DNA from: the human T2T-CHM13v2.0 reference genome, Homo sapiens
Assembly: GCF_009914755.1 (NCBI RefSeq)
Contig: NC_060936.1
Length of the DNA: 64,000 nucleotides
Direction: 5' to 3' (one strand)
In this document: in pieces, positions 31,036 through 41,322 of the stretch
How the letters are laid out: every line of letters starts with the position of its first letter
Position numbering within the stretch: position 1 is the first letter of the stretch
Notes under the pieces: model-generated
What the model saw: the letters and a program-made list of their open reading frames with translations, nothing else
The model's database searches: none
Told to the model about the DNA's origin: nothing
Translations under genes and position numbers: made by a program

Positions 31036-32777
31036 CCAAATCTCTGCATTTCATCCAAGGTCATCACCCATTTTAGCCAAAAAAATATGTGGCTCTCAAT
31101 GACTTCTTGCTGTTTCTGAAATTCAACTGCATCCTCAAAAGCCCAATAAGATATCACTAGTAGGGAGATTCAGAAAGAGATATCATGCTTTCTGAAGGCA
31201 AGTCTTGAAGAAGGGACCCTCAAGAAATCCTACACCTTGCCGGCAGCTGGAAGCGAAAATATTTATCTACGTATATGAGTTTGGCATGTTTGTTACAAAA
31301 ATCATCAAAATCAATAAAAATATCAAGCCAAGAAACCCACCCAGTCCCATTATTTTATACCATGCTTTGGGAGAAAGAAAGAGATTCCATTTCAGTGACT
31401 ACCATGATATTAGAAGCAAAATGATAACTGAAGGTATTGCCAGCTAAGACTTATAACAAACAAGCACATCGATGCTATTGACTGTGTTCATTACCTGTTT
31501 TCTGGCACATGAACATAACTGGCTTTCATTTTTCTTACTGAGTATTCCAGAGCTGAGATACTGCTTCAAAAAAATTAAAGAGAAAAATATGCCCAAAATA
31601 TGTCAGTTGCTATCGAGTACTATTCTGATTTATCCCCGGAGGTTACTTTTTTTTTATGCTGAAAATTCCTGGAAATGACATAGAGCCCAATGTGATCCAT
31701 GTGGCTGTTTTAGTGACTAAATAGGATGGACTGCCCACATCATTTACCTCACTACATCTAGTTATTGGTGAGTGGATGCCTGTTTTGGACACCATGAGCT
31801 ACCTTGAGGGTAGGGACTCTGTCTTCCCTTTCTTTATGAGGAAGCCTCTCTTGTGGGGACTGGCACAGAGCTGGGAGCTCAGGTTGTGTTTGTTAAATGA
31901 AGAAGTGGTTAACTTCACTCTCGTTTATGACAAGAAATGCTTTAGCTGGGAAACGACGGTTGTACACGGATACTATCTGAAGTTGCGTAAGCTTTTTGAA
32001 TTCACAATATTCCTTCTTCATTTCCAACTGGAAATGGGTTTCAGAAAGGCTCACCTTTTTAATCCTCATGGTAGCAAAATTTAGCTGTCAGGTTTTGAAT
32101 AAAGAAGAGATTCTCGAGTATTATTTAATGCCAGTGGGCAAATGTTCCCAGCAGAAGCTGAAATGCTTTTCAGGGCACCTCTGAAAATCTGTAGGCTCCC
32201 AAAGCATCTTGGATGGTCAAAAAGAAAAGGCTCATCATTCCCAGGAAATCCCAGTCTTAGTAGGTAACAGGACATACAAATAAGAGGTGGGAAATGCCCA
32301 GGCTGGAAATGGGAACTTTGCCCCTTGCAAAGGACTTCTGTATTTTCCACCTGAATAGGGCCACCTTTCTCTTAGGAAATGTCAGCAGAAATCATAAATG
32401 CAATTGATGGATGATAATTGGGCCAATGTTGCTCTCAGGTAAGGCAGAAGATGTTAAAGCTGAAAAGGTCTTTGTGGGAAGTGCGTCCTGGGGTTGTAAA
32501 CTAAAATGCCTCGAAGGGCCCGGACAAGCAAATTAAACAATATTGAATGGTGAGGCTGGTGACCTAAAGGAAAAAAAATACTCTCCAAACAAAACCCAAC
32601 AAAACAATGCCCCCAATCCAAACAAACAGAGAACAAAAAAAAGCCCTCTGCCAGACTAACAGAACATATCTGCAGGTCTCTGAAGGGAGATGCCCTTTAG
32701 TTCCAACTCCATTTCACAGATAAGAAAACAGAGGCTGAGCAAGAGAAAGGGGCTCAGACTACACCAACTGGCTAACT

Positions 32778-33098
<321 letters not shown>

Positions 33099-34087
33099 GG
33101 CTCTTTTTAAAATTTCTTTTCTTTGTTATGATCACTGAGATGGGCTGGATGCTGTTTCCTTTCCAGAGTTAAACACACACACTATCCCATTAAATCCTCC
33201 TAACAACTCCCTGTAGTACTTATAATCTCTGCTGTATGAATGACATGCTGGAGAGTCAGAGATGTTAATTCTCTCACTCTGAGTCACAGAATCCACAAGT
33301 GCCCAAGCTGGCCTCTGACGTTTCCTAAGATGATTCTCAGTGTGAGGCCCTCCCTTTCAACCTGGCTGCTGCTGGCCCAGTTTGGCACTGGGGACCCCAA
33401 CCCTGAGAGGGTGCCACAAATCAGGCTATGGGCTTTGATGCTACCTCCTCTGAGAAGTCCTCCCTGATTCCTTCAACCACCTGTCCTGGGTCCTACCACA
33501 GCACCTCACCTCCACCTCTCTTGCAGAAACTTCACGCCAGGTACAGGGTTTGTCTGGTGCTCACCGCTTAGCCAGACTACAGGTTTCATTAGAATGGGGC
33601 TCACACCACCTTTATCTGGGCACCTGCCCTTGGGGTCTAGCACTGGCCTTGCCATTTAACACGTGTCATGACACATACAATAAATGTGCTGACGTCTGCT
33701 GCCGAACAGCCCACGATAACTGCTGTTCATCCTTAGCATCATACGACTGTGCCAAGACCCATGTCCACTATACCCTGTTAACCATACTTGAATTAGAGAC
33801 TTAGGGGCACTTTCTGTTGACACGTCATTTTCATTTAAAAGATTCGAATGGGCTCAATTTTCCAGCATTGCCAGGTGCTGCTCATCATTCTTCCACCTTA
33901 AGAATGGGCATGTGAGCAACATAAACACACTTGCAAAGGCTGAGTGGAAGGCCGATGGGCTGTGGAAATGAACTCAAACCAATGGCTTTGGTGAAATCAG
34001 TGGTAGTTAAACTGGGTTTATTAGCTCTGTGATTACTTCTTTGCAGAAGTTATACCTGATAGGTCACTTATAAAAGGAATTTTTCTA

Positions 34088-34306
34088 GGCCTGGCGTGGT
34101 GGCTCACACCTGCAATCCCAGGACTTAAGGAGGCCAAGGCAGGCAGATGGCTTGAGCCCAGGAGTTTGAGTCTGGCCTGGGCAGCATGACAAAACCCCGT
34201 CTCTACAAAAAATACAAAAATTAGCCTGGTGTGGTGGCACAGGCCTGTAGTCCCAGCTACTCGGGAGGCTGAGGAGAGATGATCATTTGAGCCCAGGAGG
34301 TCGAAG
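34088..34306 (+). mobile_element. 3'-truncated Alu
   Basis: Alu consensus stops within the right arm. Confidence 0.85.
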
Positions 34307-36919
34307 CCCCTTCCCTCTGAAAGGGAGAGATCAAATAGTGGGGCTAATGTCCAAGATTAGATGGGAACTCAGGGCTGACACCCAGCAAGGTCAAGGTGGG
34401 AGGAATTATTTTCAGTCTCCTCTGAGCAGTTGGTCTAATTTAGAATAACAACCAGAAAGATGAAATTAAATTTCTTTAAAGTCCGGCATTTACGGGGCTT
34501 GTACTGAAGGAAACATGAAGTTATCATCGATGAGGATTGGACAATAAGTCAAGACACTGAGGTTCTATCCCAGCTTTGGCAGTAATGTGCTGTGTGACTT
34601 TCATCGAGTCACATGCCTCTTCTGGGCCTCAGTTTCCCAATTTGTACAACGAGGGTGACAGACAAGAACTGAGAGTATTAGAATCTCCTGGAGCAACCTT
34701 GTTAAAAATAGAGATATTTCCAGTCTCCCCCAGGAATGCTGATTCGGTAGATTTAGGGTGGGGTCTGGCATCTTTGCTTTTAACCAGGGACTTGCTGTAT
34801 TCTGACACTAAAGGTCCACTGGGCTGATGTTTGGCGTTCGCTGGATTAGATGATGTTTAAATGTTATCATATATTAGAACGAGGAAAATGGTCATGTCTG
34901 TAACCTATGTGGTGTTAACTACACAAACCCACACTGATCCATGGCAGGAAACATGCCCCTCTGTTCAAACAATCCAGATTAAAATGGGTCCTGAAATGCC
35001 AAATTCAACTTCCACAAATTCCAGTTTCTAATGGGAAAAAGCCCCAGTTCTCACGAGCACGGATTGTTGCCTGTGGCTCTTAACCACATTCCAAGCCCCG
35101 CACAGACCCACAGAACCTGAGTGACAGGCAACACATGAAGTCTTGTCATAAGACACCCCAAAACATCTGCAGATTGTGAGCGCAACAGGCACAGCCAAAC
35201 CTGTCTGTGCTCACAATATGCAGGCGAATTGACCTCCAAATCTTCCTGCCTCCTGGGAAATCAGCGGCCCCCCAGTGGGGAAGTTTCTGGACAACTGACT
35301 GAATGGTACCTCGGACAACTCTTTGCATCTTACTCACAGAGACCCACTGGGAGCAGCCTAACCCATCACAATACCCCCGCCCTCTCACTCTTCTCCGTGC
35401 GGTCCTTCCCCAAGGAAGATGGAGGCTCCTGGGGACTGGCTTTGGCCATTTGGGAAATATAAAGAGGAGACAGAAAGGGCAAAAAGCGGGCTGCTCTGAA
35501 AGCCACGATGACACTATTGGCCCCAAATGGCTCCATGGGACACTCTTCCCTCTGTTTCGGGTTCCCTTCCTTCCTTACAATCACCAGTCTTGGCATACCA
35601 GCATTGTTTCCAGAACCCCTTTCACATACATCATCACAGAGTCTTCAAAACAGCCCCGTGTGGGAGTTACTGTTCTCATTTTACAGATAACAGAACTGAA
35701 GCTCAGAAAGGTTAAGTGATCAACCTGAGGTCACACAGCCATGGAGTGAGCTAAGCTTGGCCTCAAGCTGAGGTCTTCACCAGGTCTCTCTACCACACTG
35801 CTCACTCTTTCTCTACATGATTTGGGACTTTGGGGAAAAAAATCACACAATTTGTGGAGACAAAGCCATGCCCCTGACCATAGCGTTGGCCTCTGGCTGA
35901 ACAGATGTATCAGGAAATACAGCTGTGTGTGCTAAGGTTCAGGCACATGCCAGACTGCGTAGATGCCCAGATGCATGCAAAATGCCCCAATTAAGAAGCC
36001 GAAAATTGGGGTTGAGGTCTCGGGTAGTGCCACTTACCAGCTAGGTGACTATGGCTAGGTAGTTTGGTTTGCCCCACCTCAATTTCCGCAGCTGCAAAAT
36101 GGAATTCAGATGGCTGCACTGGCAACCTGAAAGTTAAGAGGCTCCAGGTGAATAATACGTGTGACAGTGCCTTGGAGCTGTCAGTGGCAGAGCCGTGCGC
36201 CCCTCAGGGCGCTTCTGAAATCCAGACTAGTGGAAAGGGGCCGGGGCCCGCCGTGGCGGTGCTGGTGGGGCGGACACCCCCTCCTTCAGGGACCTGCCGA
36301 GGCTTCTCAAACCATCCGCTGAGATGCCTTGAGGGCGGAGAATGGACGCGACCCCTGCGCACTTGGGGAGCTGCCACAAGAGCCCTTTTCCTATTTTATC
36401 TTCAGTTCTGAAAAAATAACGGGGGAAAAAATCTATGCTCCAGAGAGCTGCGTCAGTGTTCCCTGGTGTTTACGAATTTCTTGCGTTTGCCCCGACCCCA
36501 ATTAGAGAAGCACTAAAGAAAGGCAGCAATTTTCCCTCATTCCTCTCGGGAGGAGAGGTCTGGGGTCTCCTTTCTGCTGTCTCCCAATGTCGTGGGCCGC
36601 CAGAGGTGAGATGAGGCGCCTATGGGCGCGCTCGCCTGCACCGCACCCTTGCCTAGCGGCGTCCCTGGGGACCCTCCCTCCGTGGTGGCTGCGTGCGCGC
36701 TTTTCTTAGGCCTGAGCGCAGGGTTTGAGCTGGGCTATGGGAGTAGAGGGAAGAATCCCATGCGTCTTTCCCAGGATTACTGGGGTAGAGATGGAGGCGA
36801 GAGCAATCTTCCGCAGCCTGTAGTACCCTGTGGGGTAGACCCCCCGGTTCCTACTGGTGGGGAAACCCTAGACCTGCGTGCGAGTCTCCCAGATCCGGTC
36901 CCAGAGCATTACAATAATG

Positions 36920-36923
<4 letters not shown>

Positions 36924-36988
<65 letters not shown>
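36924..36988. repeat. (TA)32 microsatellite
   Basis: Perfect TA run. Confidence 0.97.
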
Positions 36989-36991
<3 letters not shown>

Positions 36992-38179
36992 CAACACTTC
37001 CTGCGTTATGAACGCTTACCCTGACTTCATATTCACATTTATGATTTTTTAAGGTCCTCATGACAGCCCCACGAAAAAGGTAGTTTCTCCATTTTACAGA
37101 TGAGAAACTGAGGCTGGGAAAGATGAAGAGACTTACCGAAGGTCACGCAACAAGTAAAGGGTCGATCTAGGACCAGAACCCAGGGGAGTCACTGGAAAGG
37201 TTCCTGCCCTCCTCGGCTGCCTTCTCCGTGAGAGCCTCTCCTCTCTAGATGTCTACCCCAGACAGCCTGATGCGGAGCTTGGAGAGCCATGAGCTCTCTG
37301 GTCACAGTGCCCTGGGGGTGGGGGCGAGCGTCTGGCGTCCTCTGGGGCGCAGTCCCGAGAGAGCCCCTTCCGGGACCTCGGACGCAAGGCCCCTGAGTGG
37401 CCCTGGAAGTTGGATCCCCCGGGGACCCTGCTCCGAACCCTGGCCACCTGGAAGCAACCTCATCGAGCGCTCCTTCCACTGCCCAGCCCCGAACCGTGGC
37501 GGAACGCGCCCCTCGGCCTCCCTAGAGCCTCCTTTGCGGGAGAAGCACAACTTTCCCAGGTTTTGGAGACGGCGCTCTTACACCCCAATCTCGCCCAGAC
37601 GGAAGAAGTGAGAGGTGCGGGCGGCCCCGCCATGACCGCGGGAGGAGAGCGCAAGGAGGCTCCTCGCAAAGTTGGAGGCCAGGCCGGAGCGATGTTCCGG
37701 GAGCGGAGCCCTCCCAGCCTCGGGCCCCCAGCCGCGGACAGCTGGCAGTGCCAAAGACTCCGCCATTACCTGCGGCTCGCAGTTGCGATTCGGCCGCAGA
37801 GTCGGGCACCGAGGAAGGCGTAAAGTTGAGCTTGGGCAGGTACAACGGTCCCCAGGGACTGGCATCCCCCAGCCCGGGCTGCCCGCGGGAGGGTAGCGAG
37901 CTGTGCCAAGGGCTCCGCCATTACCGCCAGCGCACAGCTCGGAGCCAAGCGCGCGGCTGAGGAACGACTAGGGTCTTGCAAAGTTGGAGCCTGGGCGCGT
38001 AGACCCCCGGACCGGAGCCCCCGGCCTGAGGCCGCCCGCTAGGAGGAAAATGAGGCCGCCCGAACCAAGTTGGGACGCGCAGCAAAGCCCGAGCCTTCCG
38101 CGCACACCAGGGGCTCGGGCGGGAGCGGGGAGCCCTGGGGACGGAGAAGGGGCGCGGGACGCCTGGATCAGGAACTCAC

Positions 38180-38300
38180 CTGACGCCGAGCCGGGCAGCG
38201 CCGAGGCTGCCTCTTCGCGCTGCGCACCCGCCCGCCCGCCTCGTACTCCTCCTCTTCCTCCCGGGCGCCCGCGGCCGCCGCGCTCCGGGTTCTGAATCCT
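38180..38300 (-). other. NOS1: NOS1 second non-coding first exon (probably exon 1g), TATA-less and GC-rich
   Basis: Perfect donor CAG|GTGAGT at 38180/38179 inside the CpG island, ~385 nt downstream of the other donor. This fits the known pair of closely linked NOS1 promoters. 5' end uncertain. Confidence 0.6.
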
Positions 38301-38564
38301 CCGAGTCCGCCGCCCCGCGCGGCTGGAGGGCGCCGGTTGCACCCACTCGCCTCCTGGTAGGAGCCGCGCGCGTCCCTCCCCTTCCCCTCCGCTTTGTGCC
38401 TCCAAGATCCCTCCCCACCCCCTCTCCCCTAGCCCCCACTCCTCCCTTCTCTTCTTCCCTCCCCTTGCGTCCCCTCCCTCAGCCTCAGCGAACCCAAGTT
38501 CGGGACGGAGGCTGCGGGCTTCCCCGGCGCAGTGCTGGGCGCCCCGCGCGCGCCCCTGGCTCAC

Positions 38565-38830
38565 CCCGTCCGCTCGGCCGCTGCTCGCTGCCCGGCCGCC
38601 CCTCGGAGGAGCCGCGGCGCTAAGTAGCTCCTCACCCAGCGGCTGGAAACGCGGCATAAATATGTAGGGACTGAGCCGTGAGCTCAGCGAGGGTCGTGAG
38701 GGGGAATTTATTTCTTAATGTCCCTCCTTTATCCTATCATCACTGAAACGAATTAGCAGTGACGTCCAACCCGACTGGTTTATGGGTGTGGGGAGGGAGA
38801 CGTCGCAACCCTCATTAAAAGAGCCGCTCT
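38565..38830 (-). other. NOS1: NOS1 non-coding alternative first exon (probably exon 1f)
   Basis: Donor GGG|GTGAGC at 38565/38564. TATATAAAA lies 28 nt upstream of 38830 and the TG VNTR lies 33 nt upstream of the TATA. The junction ...CGGACGGG/CTCATG matches my recall of NOS1 cDNA. TSS approximate. Confidence 0.8.
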
Positions 38831-38849
38831 GGGCTCCAAAGCATACATC

Positions 38850-38858
38850 TTTTATATA
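38850..38858 (-). promoter_or_regulatory. TATA box (TATATAAAA) of the exon 1f promoter
   Basis: + strand ttttatata at 38850-38858. Confidence 0.8.
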
Positions 38859-38891
38859 ACCTAATTTCCATTTTTTTTTTTCTATCAGGAA

Positions 38892-38892
<1 letters not shown>

Positions 38893-38954
<62 letters not shown>
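38893..38954 (-). repeat. (TG)17 TA (TG)13 promoter dinucleotide VNTR (NOS1 ex1f-VNTR)
   Basis: Counted directly: (CA)13 TA (CA)17 on the + strand, 33 nt from the TATA box. Confidence 0.92.
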
Positions 38955-38956
<2 letters not shown>

Positions 38957-39551
38957 GACAATTTCTGGGAGCCTGGATAGGGCTGAATGTAGTAGCCACG
39001 CAGGGCAGGGCAGGTCTATTTGGGCAGAGAAGGCCCCATGGGAGGCAGGGATGGTTATTTCTGCCTCTACATCAGTGTTGGGATAGCATTCCTTAATGGG
39101 ACAGTGGAACACACAGCCTCCCAGGCTGGGCAGTGCTGGGAGCCCCTCCCAGGAGCCCGCAGAGGTTGCAGCCTGGGTTCTGGCCTTGGCTCTCGGGTGG
39201 ACAGACGGAGAAAAGCAGCCTGTTCAGGAAATGTTGCCTGGTTCTGGTCTTTTCTGGAGCCACACTCAGGCCTGGCATCTGGGGAGAGTGAAGGATGGAG
39301 GGCACATGTTCATCTGTGGCCTGGGAGCCCCACAGGTGTGGAGAGGCCAAGGTCTGGGCTGGAGGAGGGAAGACACAGAGAACGCAGCTTCCCTTCCTTT
39401 CTTAGGGGCCCTAACATATGGGTAACCATATAAACCCGACTCAAAATCTGTCTTTTCCTGGGCAGATTGCAAAGGATTTTGCATCTCCCCGTTGCTGTTG
39501 CTGCTGCTCACACAGTCTTGGGAAAACGGGGGAAAATCAAGGAAAGAGAGG

Positions 39552-39613
39552 ACACACACACGCGCACGCGCACACGCGCACATACACACACACAAACACA
39601 CACACACACACAC
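39552..39613. repeat. Mixed (CA)/(CG) alternating purine-pyrimidine repeat
   Basis: acacacacacgcgcacgcgcacacgcgcacatacac... Confidence 0.9.
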
Positions 39614-40739
39614 TTGGCACCTGGCTCTGGGTGATTTGATCTTTTCCTCCTCCCCAGCCTTGCCAAGCGGAGCAAACCCACTCAGGCTTCGAGTTGCGCA
39701 GAGAAGAGGCAAAGAGGAAAACCACCACCCCCTTTGTCACTAATAAATGCTTTTCAGATCGTCTTGCACATCCAGCAGGGGAGGGGGTGTGTGACTTTGG
39801 GGGCAGGAAGAAGGGTGTGGGGGATGAGGAGGGGAGGAAGGAATAAAGAATAAGCTGACGAGGGTGCCTGGAGGTCTATGCTGTCTTCCACATGCTGGAA
39901 GGAGGCCTGGAGAAATGCCACCAGCCCCAGGGCTCTGCCACTTCCTGGCTGCCACAAGGGCAAGTTTCAGAGCCTGTTTCCTGAGCCATGGATGGGCCTG
40001 GGGATGTCGTGAGGATATACACAATGAGATGATGCTGGTGAAGCCCTTGACATGGTGCTAGACATATAGTAAATGCTCAGGAAACAGTTGCCAACAATAA
40101 TGGTGATTTTGATGATGATGAGAATAATCCAGCATACAGGCTGGATGGGGGGTGGGTCCCAGAAAATTGAGGCTGGAGCTGAGTCCTTGCAGTCTGGTCC
40201 CCTCCTGTTTTGGGTCCAGCGTCCCTTGCCCGAACCATTTCAAAGTTGAGCGCTGGGTTTCAGTGGTGTCATTCTCAGAACACTGCTCCCTCAATTACCA
40301 TGGCAACTGGGGAAAATCAGGAAGCTAGGGGAAGGGAAGCTGCTCTTCCACTGGGCTGGCGGTTCACCTGCTCAAAACAGAGTCCACGTCTGCCTATGTG
40401 TGGGTCAAGGCCAAAAGAAGCTCAGAGTAGGGGCACTTCCTCTCTGGGAGCACAAGCTTTTTTGAAATTGGGGAGAAGGGTGGTTGGGAGGGGATGCACG
40501 GCCACGAGATGGTGGAGATAGTGGGGTCGGGCCAAGGCTGGCTGTGCCTGCAGAAGGCAGAGTTGGCTTGGGTTTGGGGAGAGGGGGACAGAAACCCCAC
40601 TCCCCTCAGTTCTCTCCTCACTTCCAGGTGCCCTGGTGCGATTAAAAGCAAAGCCTTAGAATGTAGCTCTTGAGACAGAGATCTGGGAAGACAGAGCCTC
40701 AGAGCCCACGGGTGGAGCCAGGGACCATGAGGTGCCCTC

Positions 40740-41322
40740 TGTGTGTGTGTGTAGATGAGAGACGAAGACAGACAGACAGACACACACACACACACACAAA
40801 CAGAGAGAGTCAGAGAAGAGAGAGAGGCAGAGAGATTTATAGACAAAGAGAGAGACAGAGACAGCAGAGACTGGCAGAGACAGTGAGAGACAGAGATAGA
40901 AAAACACACAGAAAGACTGGCAGAGAGAGAGAGATTGGCAGAGACGGAGATAGAAAAAACACACAGAAAAAGAGAGAGACGGAGAGATTGACAGGAAGAC
41001 AGAGACTTATTGGCAGAGACAGAGAGAAAGACAGAGAAAACAGAGGGAGACAGATTGGCAGAAAGAGAGTAAGAGAAGAGAGAGGCAGAGGGATTTGCAG
41101 AGAGAGAGAGACAGATTGGCAGAGACAGAAAGAAAAAATACACAGAGAGACATATTGGCAGAGAGAAAAAGAGAGACAGAGTAAGAGAAGAGAGAGAGGC
41201 AGAGAGAGATTGGTAGATTGGCAGAGAGATTGGCAGAGAGAGAGAGAGATTGGCAGAGAGAGAATGGCAGAGACAGGAAAGAGAGACAGAGATACAGAGA
41301 AAGACGGACAGTGACAGACAGA
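40740..41322 (+). repeat. GA-rich complex repeat with recurrent TGGCAGA unit
   Basis: Seen directly; 11 copies of TGGCAGA. Confidence 0.9.

Larger units (their letters stand above)
36180..38720. promoter_or_regulatory. CpG island / GC-rich promoter region of the proximal NOS1 first-exon cluster
   Basis: Dense CpG and GC boxes (gggcgg, ccgccc), strongest at 37300-38700. Confidence 0.85.

Noticed and set aside
37968-38657. 229-aa ORF and other long ORFs in the CpG island
   Set aside because: GC-rich, stop-poor sequence with no recognisable domain, and the ORF crosses splice donors. Only the spliced uORF version is retained.
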